Below, in pieces: positions 44,830 through 53,986 of a DNA stretch of 64,000 nucleotides. Both the position numbers and the translations under genes were made by a program. Source of the DNA: an uncultured Candidatus Saccharibacteria bacterium (GTDB lineage: Bacteria; Patescibacteriota; Saccharimonadia; Saccharimonadales; 2-12-FULL-41-12); assembly GCA_964521095.1 (NCBI GenBank), contig CAZFPJ010000002.1:149108-213107 (forward strand), in the 5' to 3' direction. The notes below the pieces were generated by a model. It searched no databases, was not told the DNA's origin, and saw only the letters and a list, made by a program, of their open reading frames with translations. Position 1 is the first letter of the stretch; every line of letters begins with the position of its first letter.

Positions 44830-46779
44830 ATGAATGCACAGGAAATCAGACGGGCTTATTTAGAATTTTTTGAGTCCCAAAAACACCAAGTAATAGACAG
44901 AGCTAGCTTGTATCTCAAGGACGACCCCACAACCTTGTTTACGGGCTCTGGTATGCAGCCCCTCATTCCGTATTTGCTAGGCAAAGAGCACCCCAAAGGT
45001 GTGCGCTTGGCAGATAGCCAGACTTGTTTTAGGGGGCAAGATATAGAAGAAGTTGGCGACAACCGCCATACAACTTTCTTTGAAATGCTTGGCAATTGGT
45101 CGCTTGGCGATTACGGAAAGAAAGATCAGATCACTTGGTTTTTTGAATTTTTAACAGATGTGGTTGGGCTAGACCCAAATAAGATTTATGTATCTTGTTT
45201 TATCGGTAGCAAAGAATATAGCATCCCAAGAGACGATGAATCTGCCAACATCTGGCAGGAATTATTTAAAACCAAAGGCGTAGATGCCGAAATTGCAGAA
45301 ATAGGTAGTGCCAAGGACGGCGACAAACGGGGCATAAAGCCAGGCGAGCGAATATTTTTCTACGACGATGGCGAGAACTGGTGGAGCCGTAATGGCGGGC
45401 TAGCAACTACGCCAGTTGGTGATCCGTGCGGACCAGACAGCGAAGTGTTTTATGACTTTGGCCCAGATAATCATGCCGAAGGATTCGGTGAGGCGCACCC
45501 AGCCAGCGATAGCGGGCGATTTATGGAAATCGGTAACCAAGTGTTCATGCAGTACCGCCGGACAGACAATGGTTTTGAGCCACTAATAAAACAAAATGTC
45601 GACTTTGGCGGAGGCCTAGAGCGCATCTCTGCGGCCGCTATCGACAGCCCAGATGTTTTCAGAATTAGTCTACTTTGGCCGATTGTAGAAAAACTCCAGG
45701 AACTATCTGGCGAGAAGTATGATGACCATACAGAGAGTATGCGCGTTATTGCCGATCATCTGCGTGGCGCAACCTTCCTAGCTGTAGACGGCGTTACGCC
45801 TAGCAATAAAGAACAGGGCTATGTTATGCGCCGACTTATTCGTAGAGCTATGGTTAAGGCGCACGACCTAGGTGTAGAACAAGATTTCTTGCAAGAGATT
45901 GTACCAGTAATTGCCGATTTGTATCACGCTGATTTCCCGGAAGTTGCAAATAATCGGGATAAGATTATCGAAGTTTTGGTCAAAGAAGAAAAAGCCTTTC
46001 GTCAAACCCTTCGCAAAGGCCTGCGTCAACTAAAGTATATTGCAGGGACACAAGAAGCCCCTCTAGCTAGCAAGAAGTACGAAGGGGAAATACTCAAATC
46101 TGAACTATCTCCGATTAAGATTGAGGGTCGTCATATATTTGAGCTATATGATACTCATGGGTTTCCGGTTGAGCTTTCGACTGAGGAGGCGGGTAACCTG
46201 GGTATAGAATTAGAAGAAAATTGGCGTGAAGATTTTAATAAATTGATGAAAGAGCAACGAGAGAGGAGTCAAACTTCTGCCAAAGGAGCTTTCAGGGGCG
46301 GACTGGTCGACCACCAGCCAGACACAATCAAACACCATACAGCAACGCACTTAATGTACGAGGCTCTTCGACAAGTGCTTGGCCCCGATGTTGTGCAAAG
46401 AGGCTCAAAAGTGTCGAGCACTAAAACTCGATTTGACTTTAGCTATCCAGACAAAATGACCGATGACCAAAAAGCAGAGGTTGAAAAAATCGTTAACGAG
46501 CAAATAGCCAAAGACTTAGGAGTATCTTTTGCCGAATATTTAACAGACGAAGCCTTCAAAATGGGCGCTAAAGGTGCTTTTGGTGATAAGTATGGAGATA
46601 AAGTTAAAGTTTATACTATGGGCAAACAGGGCGAAAAACCCTTTAGCGTAGAGATCTGCGGTGGCCCACATGTAGAACACACAAATCAGCTAGGCGAGAA
46701 CGGCAAAACATTCAAAATCACCAAAGAAAAATCCAGCTCCGCCGGTATCCGTCGCATCGAAGCTTCCCTGCTAGACTAG
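44830..46779 (+). CDS. alaS: alanine--tRNA ligase, short form lacking the C-Ala domain
   Basis: FTGSGMQP, HTTFFEMLGNWSLGDY, editing-domain HTATHLM...CGGPHV. 649 aa, versus ~875 aa in E. coli. Confidence 0.9.
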   Translation: MNAQEIRRAYLEFFESQKHQVIDRASLYLKDDPTTLFTGSGMQPLIPYLLGKEHPKGVRLADSQTCFRGQDIEEVGDNRHTTFFEMLGNWSLGDYGKKDQITWFFEFLTDVVGLDPNKIYVSCFIGSKEYSIPRDDESANIWQELFKTKGVDAEIAEIGSAKDGDKRGIKPGERIFFYDDGENWWSRNGGLATTPVGDPCGPDSEVFYDFGPDNHAEGFGEAHPASDSGRFMEIGNQVFMQYRRTDNGFEPLIKQNVDFGGGLERISAAAIDSPDVFRISLLWPIVEKLQELSGEKYDDHTESMRVIADHLRGATFLAVDGVTPSNKEQGYVMRRLIRRAMVKAHDLGVEQDFLQEIVPVIADLYHADFPEVANNRDKIIEVLVKEEKAFRQTLRKGLRQLKYIAGTQEAPLASKKYEGEILKSELSPIKIEGRHIFELYDTHGFPVELSTEEAGNLGIELEENWREDFNKLMKEQRERSQTSAKGAFRGGLVDHQPDTIKHHTATHLMYEALRQVLGPDVVQRGSKVSSTKTRFDFSYPDKMTDDQKAEVEKIVNEQIAKDLGVSFAEYLTDEAFKMGAKGAFGDKYGDKVKVYTMGKQGEKPFSVEICGGPHVEHTNQLGENGKTFKITKEKSSSAGIRRIEASLLD

Positions 46780-46881
46780 CCGGGAAGAGCAGCCCAAGCG
46801 ATCGAATTGATTTTGTCATTTACAGCAATGAGAAATCCCAAAGGGGTGTCTCTTGGGGCGAAGCCGTAGTATAATATCCTT

Positions 46882-48165
46882 ATGCTAAAAAAGTTAAAGC
46901 AGAGTGTTACTGGCCGAACCGGTAAGTTCAATAATTCTAGCAGTCAGTACATTGTTGCACTAGATGTTGGTACCGAATTCATCAAGGCTTTAATCGGCAG
47001 GGTTAAAGGCTCCGAAATTGAAATAGTTGGCACCGGACGCATGAGACAGTCCCCAACAGATATGGTAGCTGGTGCCATTGCCGATATTGAGGCGGTGGTC
47101 CAGAACTGCAATCAGGCTCTAGCCATTGCCGAAGAACAAGCAGGTGTGAGCGTGCGGAGTGCTGTGATCGGTATTGCTGGCGAACTAGTTAAGGGCACTA
47201 CCAGTACAATTCGCTGTAATCGCAAAGACCCAGACCAAGAAATAGATTTAGCCGAAATGGAGCAGATCATCCAGCTGGTCCAAGAGAGGGCCGAGGCCAA
47301 GGCTCGCAAAAGTTTAGCATGGGAATTAGGAGGTAAACAGGTAGATGTTCGCTTAGTTAACAGTGCGTTAGTTAGCATTGCTATAGACGGTTATACAGTT
47401 ACCAACCCGATAGGATTTAAGGGCAGGGATGTTGTCATACAGCTTTATACGGCCTTCGCTCCTCTTATTCATATTGCAGCTTTAGAGCGCACAGCTTCAG
47501 AGCTAGACCTAGACCTAATTGCTGTTGCAGCCGAACCTTTTGCGGTAGCTCGTTCGGTGATTGGCGACAATCCAAATGCAACTATGAGTGCAATTTTGAT
47601 GGATGTCGGAGGTGGAACAACCGATATTGCTGTAGTCAACGAGGGCGGAGTACAGGGAACCAAGATGTTCGGTATTGGCGGTAGAGCCTTTACTAAGTCA
47701 GTCGAGAAAGATTTAAATGTCGACTTTAACATGGCCGAGAAACTCAAGATAAATCTGGCTAACACCGATGACCCGGACCAACACGAAGCCGTCGAAGAGG
47801 CCCTAAACAAGACTTGCGATGTTTGGGTTGCTGGCGTAGAGCTGGCTCTGAGCGAGTACACCGGCCTAGACCACCTACCTCATCAGATTATGTTGTGTGG
47901 CGGAGGAGCTAGTCTGCCTATGGTTGAACAATCTCTAAAAGAGACTAATTGGTACGGGGATCTGCCTTTTGCCAAAAGACCCAAAGTCGAGTATATAACT
48001 CCAGACAGAATCGTAGGCATCAACGACCTTAGCGGAAAGGTTACAGACCATACTTTTGTAACGGCTATGGGGCTTCTGCGCGTGGGGCTTGATACAATAG
48101 AGCAGAGTAGCAGTGCCACGACAGGCACTATAAAAGAGCGCTTCGATCGCATTTTGCAGGTATAA
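46882..48165 (+). CDS. ftsA: cell division protein FtsA (actin-like ATPase)
   Basis: VALDVGTEFIKALIG, ILMDVGGGTTDIAV, MLCGGGASLP. Confidence 0.8.
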   Translation: MLKKLKQSVTGRTGKFNNSSSQYIVALDVGTEFIKALIGRVKGSEIEIVGTGRMRQSPTDMVAGAIADIEAVVQNCNQALAIAEEQAGVSVRSAVIGIAGELVKGTTSTIRCNRKDPDQEIDLAEMEQIIQLVQERAEAKARKSLAWELGGKQVDVRLVNSALVSIAIDGYTVTNPIGFKGRDVVIQLYTAFAPLIHIAALERTASELDLDLIAVAAEPFAVARSVIGDNPNATMSAILMDVGGGTTDIAVVNEGGVQGTKMFGIGGRAFTKSVEKDLNVDFNMAEKLKINLANTDDPDQHEAVEEALNKTCDVWVAGVELALSEYTGLDHLPHQIMLCGGGASLPMVEQSLKETNWYGDLPFAKRPKVEYITPDRIVGINDLSGKVTDHTFVTAMGLLRVGLDTIEQSSSATTGTIKERFDRILQV

Positions 48166-48179
48166 TAGGGGTATAGATT

Positions 48180-49835
48180 ATGGCAACAGATACAAAAGAC
48201 ACCATTTATTTAGATATAGACGAGGACATTACGGGTATTGTCCACAAGGTGCAGACAAGTCCAAAGAATATTATTGCTCTTGTTCTGCCAAAACGAGCTA
48301 CAGCCCTTCAATCGGTTGTGAACATGAAGCTTCTAAAGCGAACAGCAGACCAAAATGACAAAAAAGTTGTTCTAATAACTTCGGAAGCTACATTAATGCC
48401 TTTGGCCGGTGTGGCCGGTGTCCATGTGGCTTCAAATCTTAGCTCCAAGCCTTTTTTGCCCCCATCCCCAGAGAAAAAACCGTCTTCTGGTACCGATGAT
48501 GCCGAGGAGATTCAGGTTGACACTCAAGATACTGCACCCAAGGCCACGGACAAGGTAGAGGAAACTCTGCAGGTAGACAACACTCCGCGGACTCCTTCAG
48601 AGACAGCAAAGCCTAAAGATAAGAAATCCAAAAAAGACAAAAAGCTAAAAGTTCCAAACTTTAATAGTTTTCGTAAAAAATTAATTATTGGTGGAGTTGT
48701 CGGATTAGTTCTAATTATTGGTTTAATTTGGGCTATATTTATGGCGCCAAAGGCTATGGTTACTCTAAAGACAGAGTCTAGTGACATATCGGCAGACTTT
48801 GAATTTACTGCCGATATTAATGCTCAATCGGTAGATGTTGGTCGCAAGGTAGTCCCTGCTAGCAAACGAGAATCTACTCAGTCTTATAGCGAAAAAGCAC
48901 CAGCAACCGGCCAAAAAGACAAGGGCACCAAGGCTGGCGGCACAGTAACCCTTAAAAACTGTGGCAGTAATTCGGCAACCATACCGGCAGGTACAGGTAT
49001 TAGTAGCGGTACTTTCACATTTATCACCCAACAGTCTATTAGCCTAAGCGATGGTAATTTTGATGGGGGTGGTAATTGTAAAAATAGCGGGTCCCACACT
49101 GGTACAGTTAATGTAGTAGCTCAAAATAACGGTGACCAATACAATTTGAGTTCTCGTAGCTATACTGTTTCGGGCTTTTCGCAGATAACAGCCAATGGCT
49201 CTCAGATGAGTGGTGGTTCCAGTAATGTAGTCAAGGTTGTGTCGGCTCAAGATGTAGAAACAGCCAAGCAAAAGATTGTCAGCAAAAAAGACGAAAAAAA
49301 ACAAGAGTTAACAGATCAGCTTAAGAAAGATGGATATATGCCAATTGCCGAAACTTTCTCGGATGGCTCGCCTAATTTTAATGTGTCTCCTGCAGTTGAC
49401 GGCGAGGGTAACGAAGTTACGGTTAGTGCTAATATTACCTACAGTATGGTTGGGGTAAAAGAGGATGACCTTAGCAAAGTTGTAGACGAACAGGTCAAAG
49501 GCCAGATCGATACTAGCAAGCAGAGTATCCTAAATCGTGGTCTATCGAGTGCTGTTTATAAGGTTAACGGCGAGACAAAGAACGATAATGTAACCATAAA
49601 TTTGCAAACTACTGTTGCTGTAGGTCCAGAGATTGACCAAGATCAGCTTAGACAAGAGATTGCTGGCAAGAAAGCTGGCGAAGCCGAAGCAATCTTGTCG
49701 GGCAGACCAGGTATTATGGAGGCGCGCGTTAAAGTTTCTCCTGGTTGGTCCAGCAAAGTTCCAAGCAAGGCTGGAAAGGTCAAATTTATAATCGAAAATG
49801 CCGATGGCAAGCAAATCAATACCCAACAACCCTAG
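48180..49835 (+). CDS. hypothetical bitopic membrane protein downstream of ftsA
   Basis: 551 aa. ~95-aa conserved-looking cytoplasmic N-domain, Lys/Pro-rich linker, TM LIIGGVVGLVLIIGLIWAIFMA, ~350-aa external domain. Confidence 0.5.
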   Translation: MATDTKDTIYLDIDEDITGIVHKVQTSPKNIIALVLPKRATALQSVVNMKLLKRTADQNDKKVVLITSEATLMPLAGVAGVHVASNLSSKPFLPPSPEKKPSSGTDDAEEIQVDTQDTAPKATDKVEETLQVDNTPRTPSETAKPKDKKSKKDKKLKVPNFNSFRKKLIIGGVVGLVLIIGLIWAIFMAPKAMVTLKTESSDISADFEFTADINAQSVDVGRKVVPASKRESTQSYSEKAPATGQKDKGTKAGGTVTLKNCGSNSATIPAGTGISSGTFTFITQQSISLSDGNFDGGGNCKNSGSHTGTVNVVAQNNGDQYNLSSRSYTVSGFSQITANGSQMSGGSSNVVKVVSAQDVETAKQKIVSKKDEKKQELTDQLKKDGYMPIAETFSDGSPNFNVSPAVDGEGNEVTVSANITYSMVGVKEDDLSKVVDEQVKGQIDTSKQSILNRGLSSAVYKVNGETKNDNVTINLQTTVAVGPEIDQDQLRQEIAGKKAGEAEAILSGRPGIMEARVKVSPGWSSKVPSKAGKVKFIIENADGKQINTQQP

Positions 49836-50241
49836 TAATTTAGCCAGAATAGTTGGACTAGATGTAGGCAGTAAGCGGATAGGGGTCGCTTCTGTTGGCA
49901 GGATTGCTAAATTGCCTCAGCCGTTAAAGATTCTTGAGAATTCAGAGTCTGTTTTTGCCGATATTCAGGAGATTGTTAAACAAGAGGGTGCAGACTTGGT
50001 GGTGGTCGGCATACCACGCAACTTAGACGGCGAAGAAACTGCCCAATCTAAAGAAATACGAGAATTTGCTACGAGGCTTCAGGTAAAAACGGGACTAGAC
50101 ATCGCTTTTGCTGACGAAAGTCTGAGTAGCAGACGAGCGGAACAGATGACGAAAGATTATGGAGCAAAGGGCGCAGGGCTTGATGCTTTGGCCGCATGCT
50201 TTATACTAGAAGAGTTTTTATTAAAGGAGACGACAAAATAA
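49798..50241 (+). CDS. ruvX: Holliday-junction resolvase-like nuclease RuvX/YqgF
   Basis: IVGLDVGSKRIGVA, VVVGIPRNLDGEE, DESLSS. Confidence 0.85.
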   Translation: MPMASKSIPNNPSNLARIVGLDVGSKRIGVASVGRIAKLPQPLKILENSESVFADIQEIVKQEGADLVVVGIPRNLDGEETAQSKEIREFATRLQVKTGLDIAFADESLSSRRAEQMTKDYGAKGAGLDALAACFILEEFLLKETTK

Positions 50242-51290
50242 TGCACCTTAGCTACAATCCGATACGCCGAAAACGCCAGATCTTTCTTTTGGTAGTTGTT
50301 GGTATTGTCTTTCTATTGGTTTTTACAGCTGGTATGATCCGGCGATCATATTCGGAGAACCTTCGGCCGGTCAGTAACGACACCACAACTAGAGCCATAA
50401 CCGTAAAACCCGGCAGTACAGCATCCAGTATCGCAACAACACTAAAGGACAAAGGTGTTATAAGGAGTGACTGGGCATTTGAATATTATGTTAGGACTCA
50501 CGAACTTCGCGACGAACTAAAGGCAGGCACCTATTTAGTGTCTCCTTCTCAGAGCGTATCCGAGATTGTCCAGATGCTTACGAGTGGTAGGGTGGCGACC
50601 GACTTGGTGGTAATATTGCCTGCAAAGCGTTTAGATCAAATTCGTGCAGGACTTATAAAAGATGGTTTTTCAGAGAGTTCTGTAGATGAAGCCCTTGACC
50701 CTAGTCAATACAAAGATCATCCAGCCTTGAGGGACAAGCCAGAAGGGGCTAGCTTGGAGGGTTATCTGTATCCAGAGAGCTTCCAAAAGACAGCCGAAAC
50801 TACCGCCAAAGATGTTATCAAGCTTTCGCTAGACGAGATGAATGCCCACATGACAGCAGATATTAGATCTGGATTTTCTAAGCAGGGTCTAACTGTTCAC
50901 CAGGGGATTATCTTTGCATCGATTGTAGAACAAGAGGTTAGTGACAAAAACCAATCCGATCGAGCACAAGTCGCGCAGGTGTTTTTGAAACGCTACAAAC
51001 AAGGTATGTCTTTGGGCTCTGATCCGACAGCTTTTTATGGCGCAGCTATTGCTGGACAGCCCAAAAACCTAAACTATGATTCACCATTTAATACTCGTAT
51101 GCATAGCGGACTGCCTCCCGGACCAATCGGCAATGTATCAGAGAGCGCCTTAAAGGCTGTAGCTTTTCCTGCGGGAACGGACTGGCTATATTTTGTATCT
51201 GGTGACGATGGCAAGACATATTTCTCAAAGAATCTAAAAGATCACGAGGCTCTGACAAAAGAGCGCTGTCGCGAAAACTGCAACTATTAA
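50241..51290 (+). CDS. mltG: endolytic murein transglycosylase MltG (YceG-like)
   Basis: ATG at 50241 overlaps the ruvX TAA (TAATG), with AAGGAGA 11 nt upstream. TM plus LEGYLYPESF and ASIVEQEV motifs. Confidence 0.85.
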   Translation: MHLSYNPIRRKRQIFLLVVVGIVFLLVFTAGMIRRSYSENLRPVSNDTTTRAITVKPGSTASSIATTLKDKGVIRSDWAFEYYVRTHELRDELKAGTYLVSPSQSVSEIVQMLTSGRVATDLVVILPAKRLDQIRAGLIKDGFSESSVDEALDPSQYKDHPALRDKPEGASLEGYLYPESFQKTAETTAKDVIKLSLDEMNAHMTADIRSGFSKQGLTVHQGIIFASIVEQEVSDKNQSDRAQVAQVFLKRYKQGMSLGSDPTAFYGAAIAGQPKNLNYDSPFNTRMHSGLPPGPIGNVSESALKAVAFPAGTDWLYFVSGDDGKTYFSKNLKDHEALTKERCRENCNY

Positions 51291-51315
51291 CAGAGGTAGA
51301 CTAATATAAAAGCAC

Positions 51316-51344
51316 TTGCTTTTAGGCTGTATTTTTGCTAAAAT
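51316..51344 (+). promoter_or_regulatory. sigma70-like promoter TTGCTT-17nt-TAAAAT
   Basis: Read directly from the sequence. The predicted TSS falls at the start of the 51351-51397 nested hairpin. Confidence 0.4.
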
Positions 51345-51350
51345 GTGTCT

Positions 51351-51397
51351 ACAGTTCGAAATTTACTGTTAAGGTGCAGTAAATAGAGTCGAACTGT
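51351..51397 (+). promoter_or_regulatory. nested perfect hairpin (9-bp outer + 7-bp inner stem) in the leader of the LysM/CHAP gene
   Basis: ACAGTTCGA..TTTACTG-ttaaggtg-CAGTAAA..TCGAACTGT. No following T-run. Confidence 0.5.
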
Positions 51398-51660
51398 TCT
51401 TGCTTGTAATATATTGTGAAAAACTCAAGATTGGTCGACTTTCTTGAAAAGATAACTAACAACACAAGTAAGATTGGCGCAAGATCTACGGTTTTTACGC
51501 CAGGAGAAAGATTATTCGTAACACAGTTACATCGGTACCCCAAAGTCAGCCACATCAAAAGGTTACCGGCATACAAAATAAATCTTTTGGATTCATCTCA
51601 AAACGGAGATCCCGAAAGGCACACAAACGCTTAGTACGCTTTGGCATAGTCACAGCTAAC

Positions 51661-52656
51661 TTGGCTTTTTTTGGATTAGTTGGCTGGTTCGTACTGCATG
51701 GTTCGCACGCTTCTAGTCAAAATGCTAAATCGGGGTCGTATTCTGCTGTAGCTAATAGTCAGAACCAGTCTGACCCGGTTGATAAGATATCTTCTGCTGA
51801 TGTTGCTGTTCATGTGGCCAGATTGGTGCAATTAGACGAGTCTACGGCTGTTACAAACAACGCAGATTCTGTAAATACGCAGATGATTGTTGCTACCTCT
51901 GCTGACAAAGTTATCGCTAAACCACAGATTGTTTCGACGGCCTTAAAGTCTAACAAGGATATTAAAAAATACATTACTGTGGCTGGCGACACAGTTTCTT
52001 CTGTGGCAACTAAATTTGGTGTTACTAGCGACACTATTCGTCTGTCTAACAATGTATCTGGCGAAGCGCTTCCTGTAGGTAAAGAGCTTTTGATCAGTCC
52101 AGTTAATGGCGTTGTTCATGCTGTTAAGCCTGGTGACACGGCTGACTCAGTAGCTTCAAAATACCGAGCAGACCGAAATCAGGTGATTGCTTTTAACGAT
52201 GCCGAGGTGTCGGGCTTAGTTCCCGGAACTCTAATAGTTGTTCCAGATGGTCTGTCGCCTGTTGCCAGTTCTCGTTATGTGTCATCTTATGCTAGTGGTT
52301 TTGCATTTGGAAGTTCGGCTACATATGGTGGCAATGGCTATGATTACGGCTGGTGTACTTGGCATGCTGCAAACCGACGCATCCAGATTGGTAAACCAAT
52401 TCCAACCAACTTGGGTAATGCGATAACTTGGCTTGGTGGTGCGCGAGCAGCGGGGCTGGGAACAGGTAGTAAGCCTCAAGACGGGGCAGTGTTGTACCAC
52501 ACGAATATCGGTGGCATGGGTCATGTGGCTTTTGTGGAACATGTTAACGATGACGGCACAGTGCTTGTGTCTGACATGAACTATCCAATCTGGGGCAAGG
52601 TAACCTACCGCACTATTAGTCCTGCCGAAGCTGCTTCGTATCGGTACATTTATTAA
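51661..52656 (+). CDS. LysM-repeat / CHAP-domain peptidoglycan hydrolase (5' end uncertain, possibly frameshifted)
   Basis: Two LysM-like repeats (YITVAGDTVSSVATKFGV, HAVKPGDTADSVASKY). CHAP core CTWHAANRR...GHVAFVEHV. The frame is open upstream to 51472 without a start codon. Confidence 0.75.
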   Translation: MAFFGLVGWFVLHGSHASSQNAKSGSYSAVANSQNQSDPVDKISSADVAVHVARLVQLDESTAVTNNADSVNTQMIVATSADKVIAKPQIVSTALKSNKDIKKYITVAGDTVSSVATKFGVTSDTIRLSNNVSGEALPVGKELLISPVNGVVHAVKPGDTADSVASKYRADRNQVIAFNDAEVSGLVPGTLIVVPDGLSPVASSRYVSSYASGFAFGSSATYGGNGYDYGWCTWHAANRRIQIGKPIPTNLGNAITWLGGARAAGLGTGSKPQDGAVLYHTNIGGMGHVAFVEHVNDDGTVLVSDMNYPIWGKVTYRTISPAEAASYRYIY

Positions 52657-52704
52657 GGTGTCTCTGGTATCTGCTTTCTATCTTCGGTATTCTAGATATA
52701 TATT

Positions 52705-53982
52705 ATGTTCGTAGATAAAGTAACAGTCGAGATTATGGCAGGCAATGGTGGCAGTGGTGTTGTTAGTTTTCGTCATGAAAAATTTGTAGACAAGGGCGGT
52801 CCAGATGGAGGGGATGGTGGAAACGGCGGTGATGTTGTTGCGATTGCCAGTCGAAACCAAAATACGCTGGCTGCTTTTCGTTATAAAAAAACTATCTCTG
52901 CGGAAAACGGTAGTAATGGCCAAAAACAAAAACGACATGGCCGATCTGGCAAAGACCTGGTTTTTTATTTGCCGGTAGGCACAACAATTGTCGGTGAAGA
53001 TGGTGAAGTTATTGTAGATCTTGCCATTGATGGTCAGCAATCTATTGTGGCCAAAGGTGGAAAAGGTGGGTTTGGAAACGCTCACTTTGTCAGTAGTCGT
53101 CGGCAGGTTCCAAGGGTCGCCGAAAAAGGTGAGCCAGGCCAATCTTTTACTGCTGTATTTGAGCTAAAGACCATTGCCGATGTTGGTTTGGTTGGCCTGC
53201 CTAATGCCGGCAAGTCTACCTTGTTGTCACGAATCAGTAACGCCCGCCCAGAGATTGCTAACTATCCGTTTACTACACTAGTACCTAATCTTGGAGTTGC
53301 TGACATCGATGACAAAAACAGTCTTGTTGTGGCAGACATACCTGGTCTAATCGAGGGTGCAAGTCAGGGTAAAGGATTGGGCGATGAGTTTCTGCGTCAT
53401 GTAGAGCGGACAAAGGTTTTGATTCATGTAGTTGATGTGTACAGCAACAGCTTGGTCAACGACTATAAGGTCATACAAAAAGAACTATCTGCTTATCCTG
53501 TAGATTTGTCCAAGCGACCACAGATAGTGGCTCTTAATAAAACCGAGGGCATTGACCAAGATATGATAGATGATGCTCTGGCGATGATTAAAAAAGTAGT
53601 GCCAAAGAATACAGAGGTAATAGCTATATCTGCACAGAGTGGACAGGGGTTGAAAGAGTTGCTTCATAAAACAATGATCTTGGTTCAAAAAGCTAAGGAT
53701 AGCGCTACAGCTGAAAATGAAGCAGACGAGGCAGAGATACCCGTACTGCGACTAGATAAAGATGATGATACTTGGCAAGTTAGCAAAAAGAGAAAGAACT
53801 TTATTGTAACTGGCAAAAAGATAGAAACTTTTGCTGTTAGGACGGACTTTGATAATGAGGCTGGAGTGCAAAGGCTTCGAGACATTATGGGCAAGATGGG
53901 AATTACCCATGAGCTAGAAAGACAGGGCATAGAAGCCAATGATCTTATCAAGATTGGCTCTAATGGAGAGTTAAGGTACTAA
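52705..53982 (+). CDS. obg: GTPase Obg/CgtA
   Basis: MFVDKV..AGNGGSG, GGDGGNGGDVV, G1 GLPNAGKST, DIPGLIEGA. Confidence 0.95.
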   Translation: MFVDKVTVEIMAGNGGSGVVSFRHEKFVDKGGPDGGDGGNGGDVVAIASRNQNTLAAFRYKKTISAENGSNGQKQKRHGRSGKDLVFYLPVGTTIVGEDGEVIVDLAIDGQQSIVAKGGKGGFGNAHFVSSRRQVPRVAEKGEPGQSFTAVFELKTIADVGLVGLPNAGKSTLLSRISNARPEIANYPFTTLVPNLGVADIDDKNSLVVADIPGLIEGASQGKGLGDEFLRHVERTKVLIHVVDVYSNSLVNDYKVIQKELSAYPVDLSKRPQIVALNKTEGIDQDMIDDALAMIKKVVPKNTEVIAISAQSGQGLKELLHKTMILVQKAKDSATAENEADEAEIPVLRLDKDDDTWQVSKKRKNFIVTGKKIETFAVRTDFDNEAGVQRLRDIMGKMGITHELERQGIEANDLIKIGSNGELRY

Positions 53983-53986
53983 TGTC

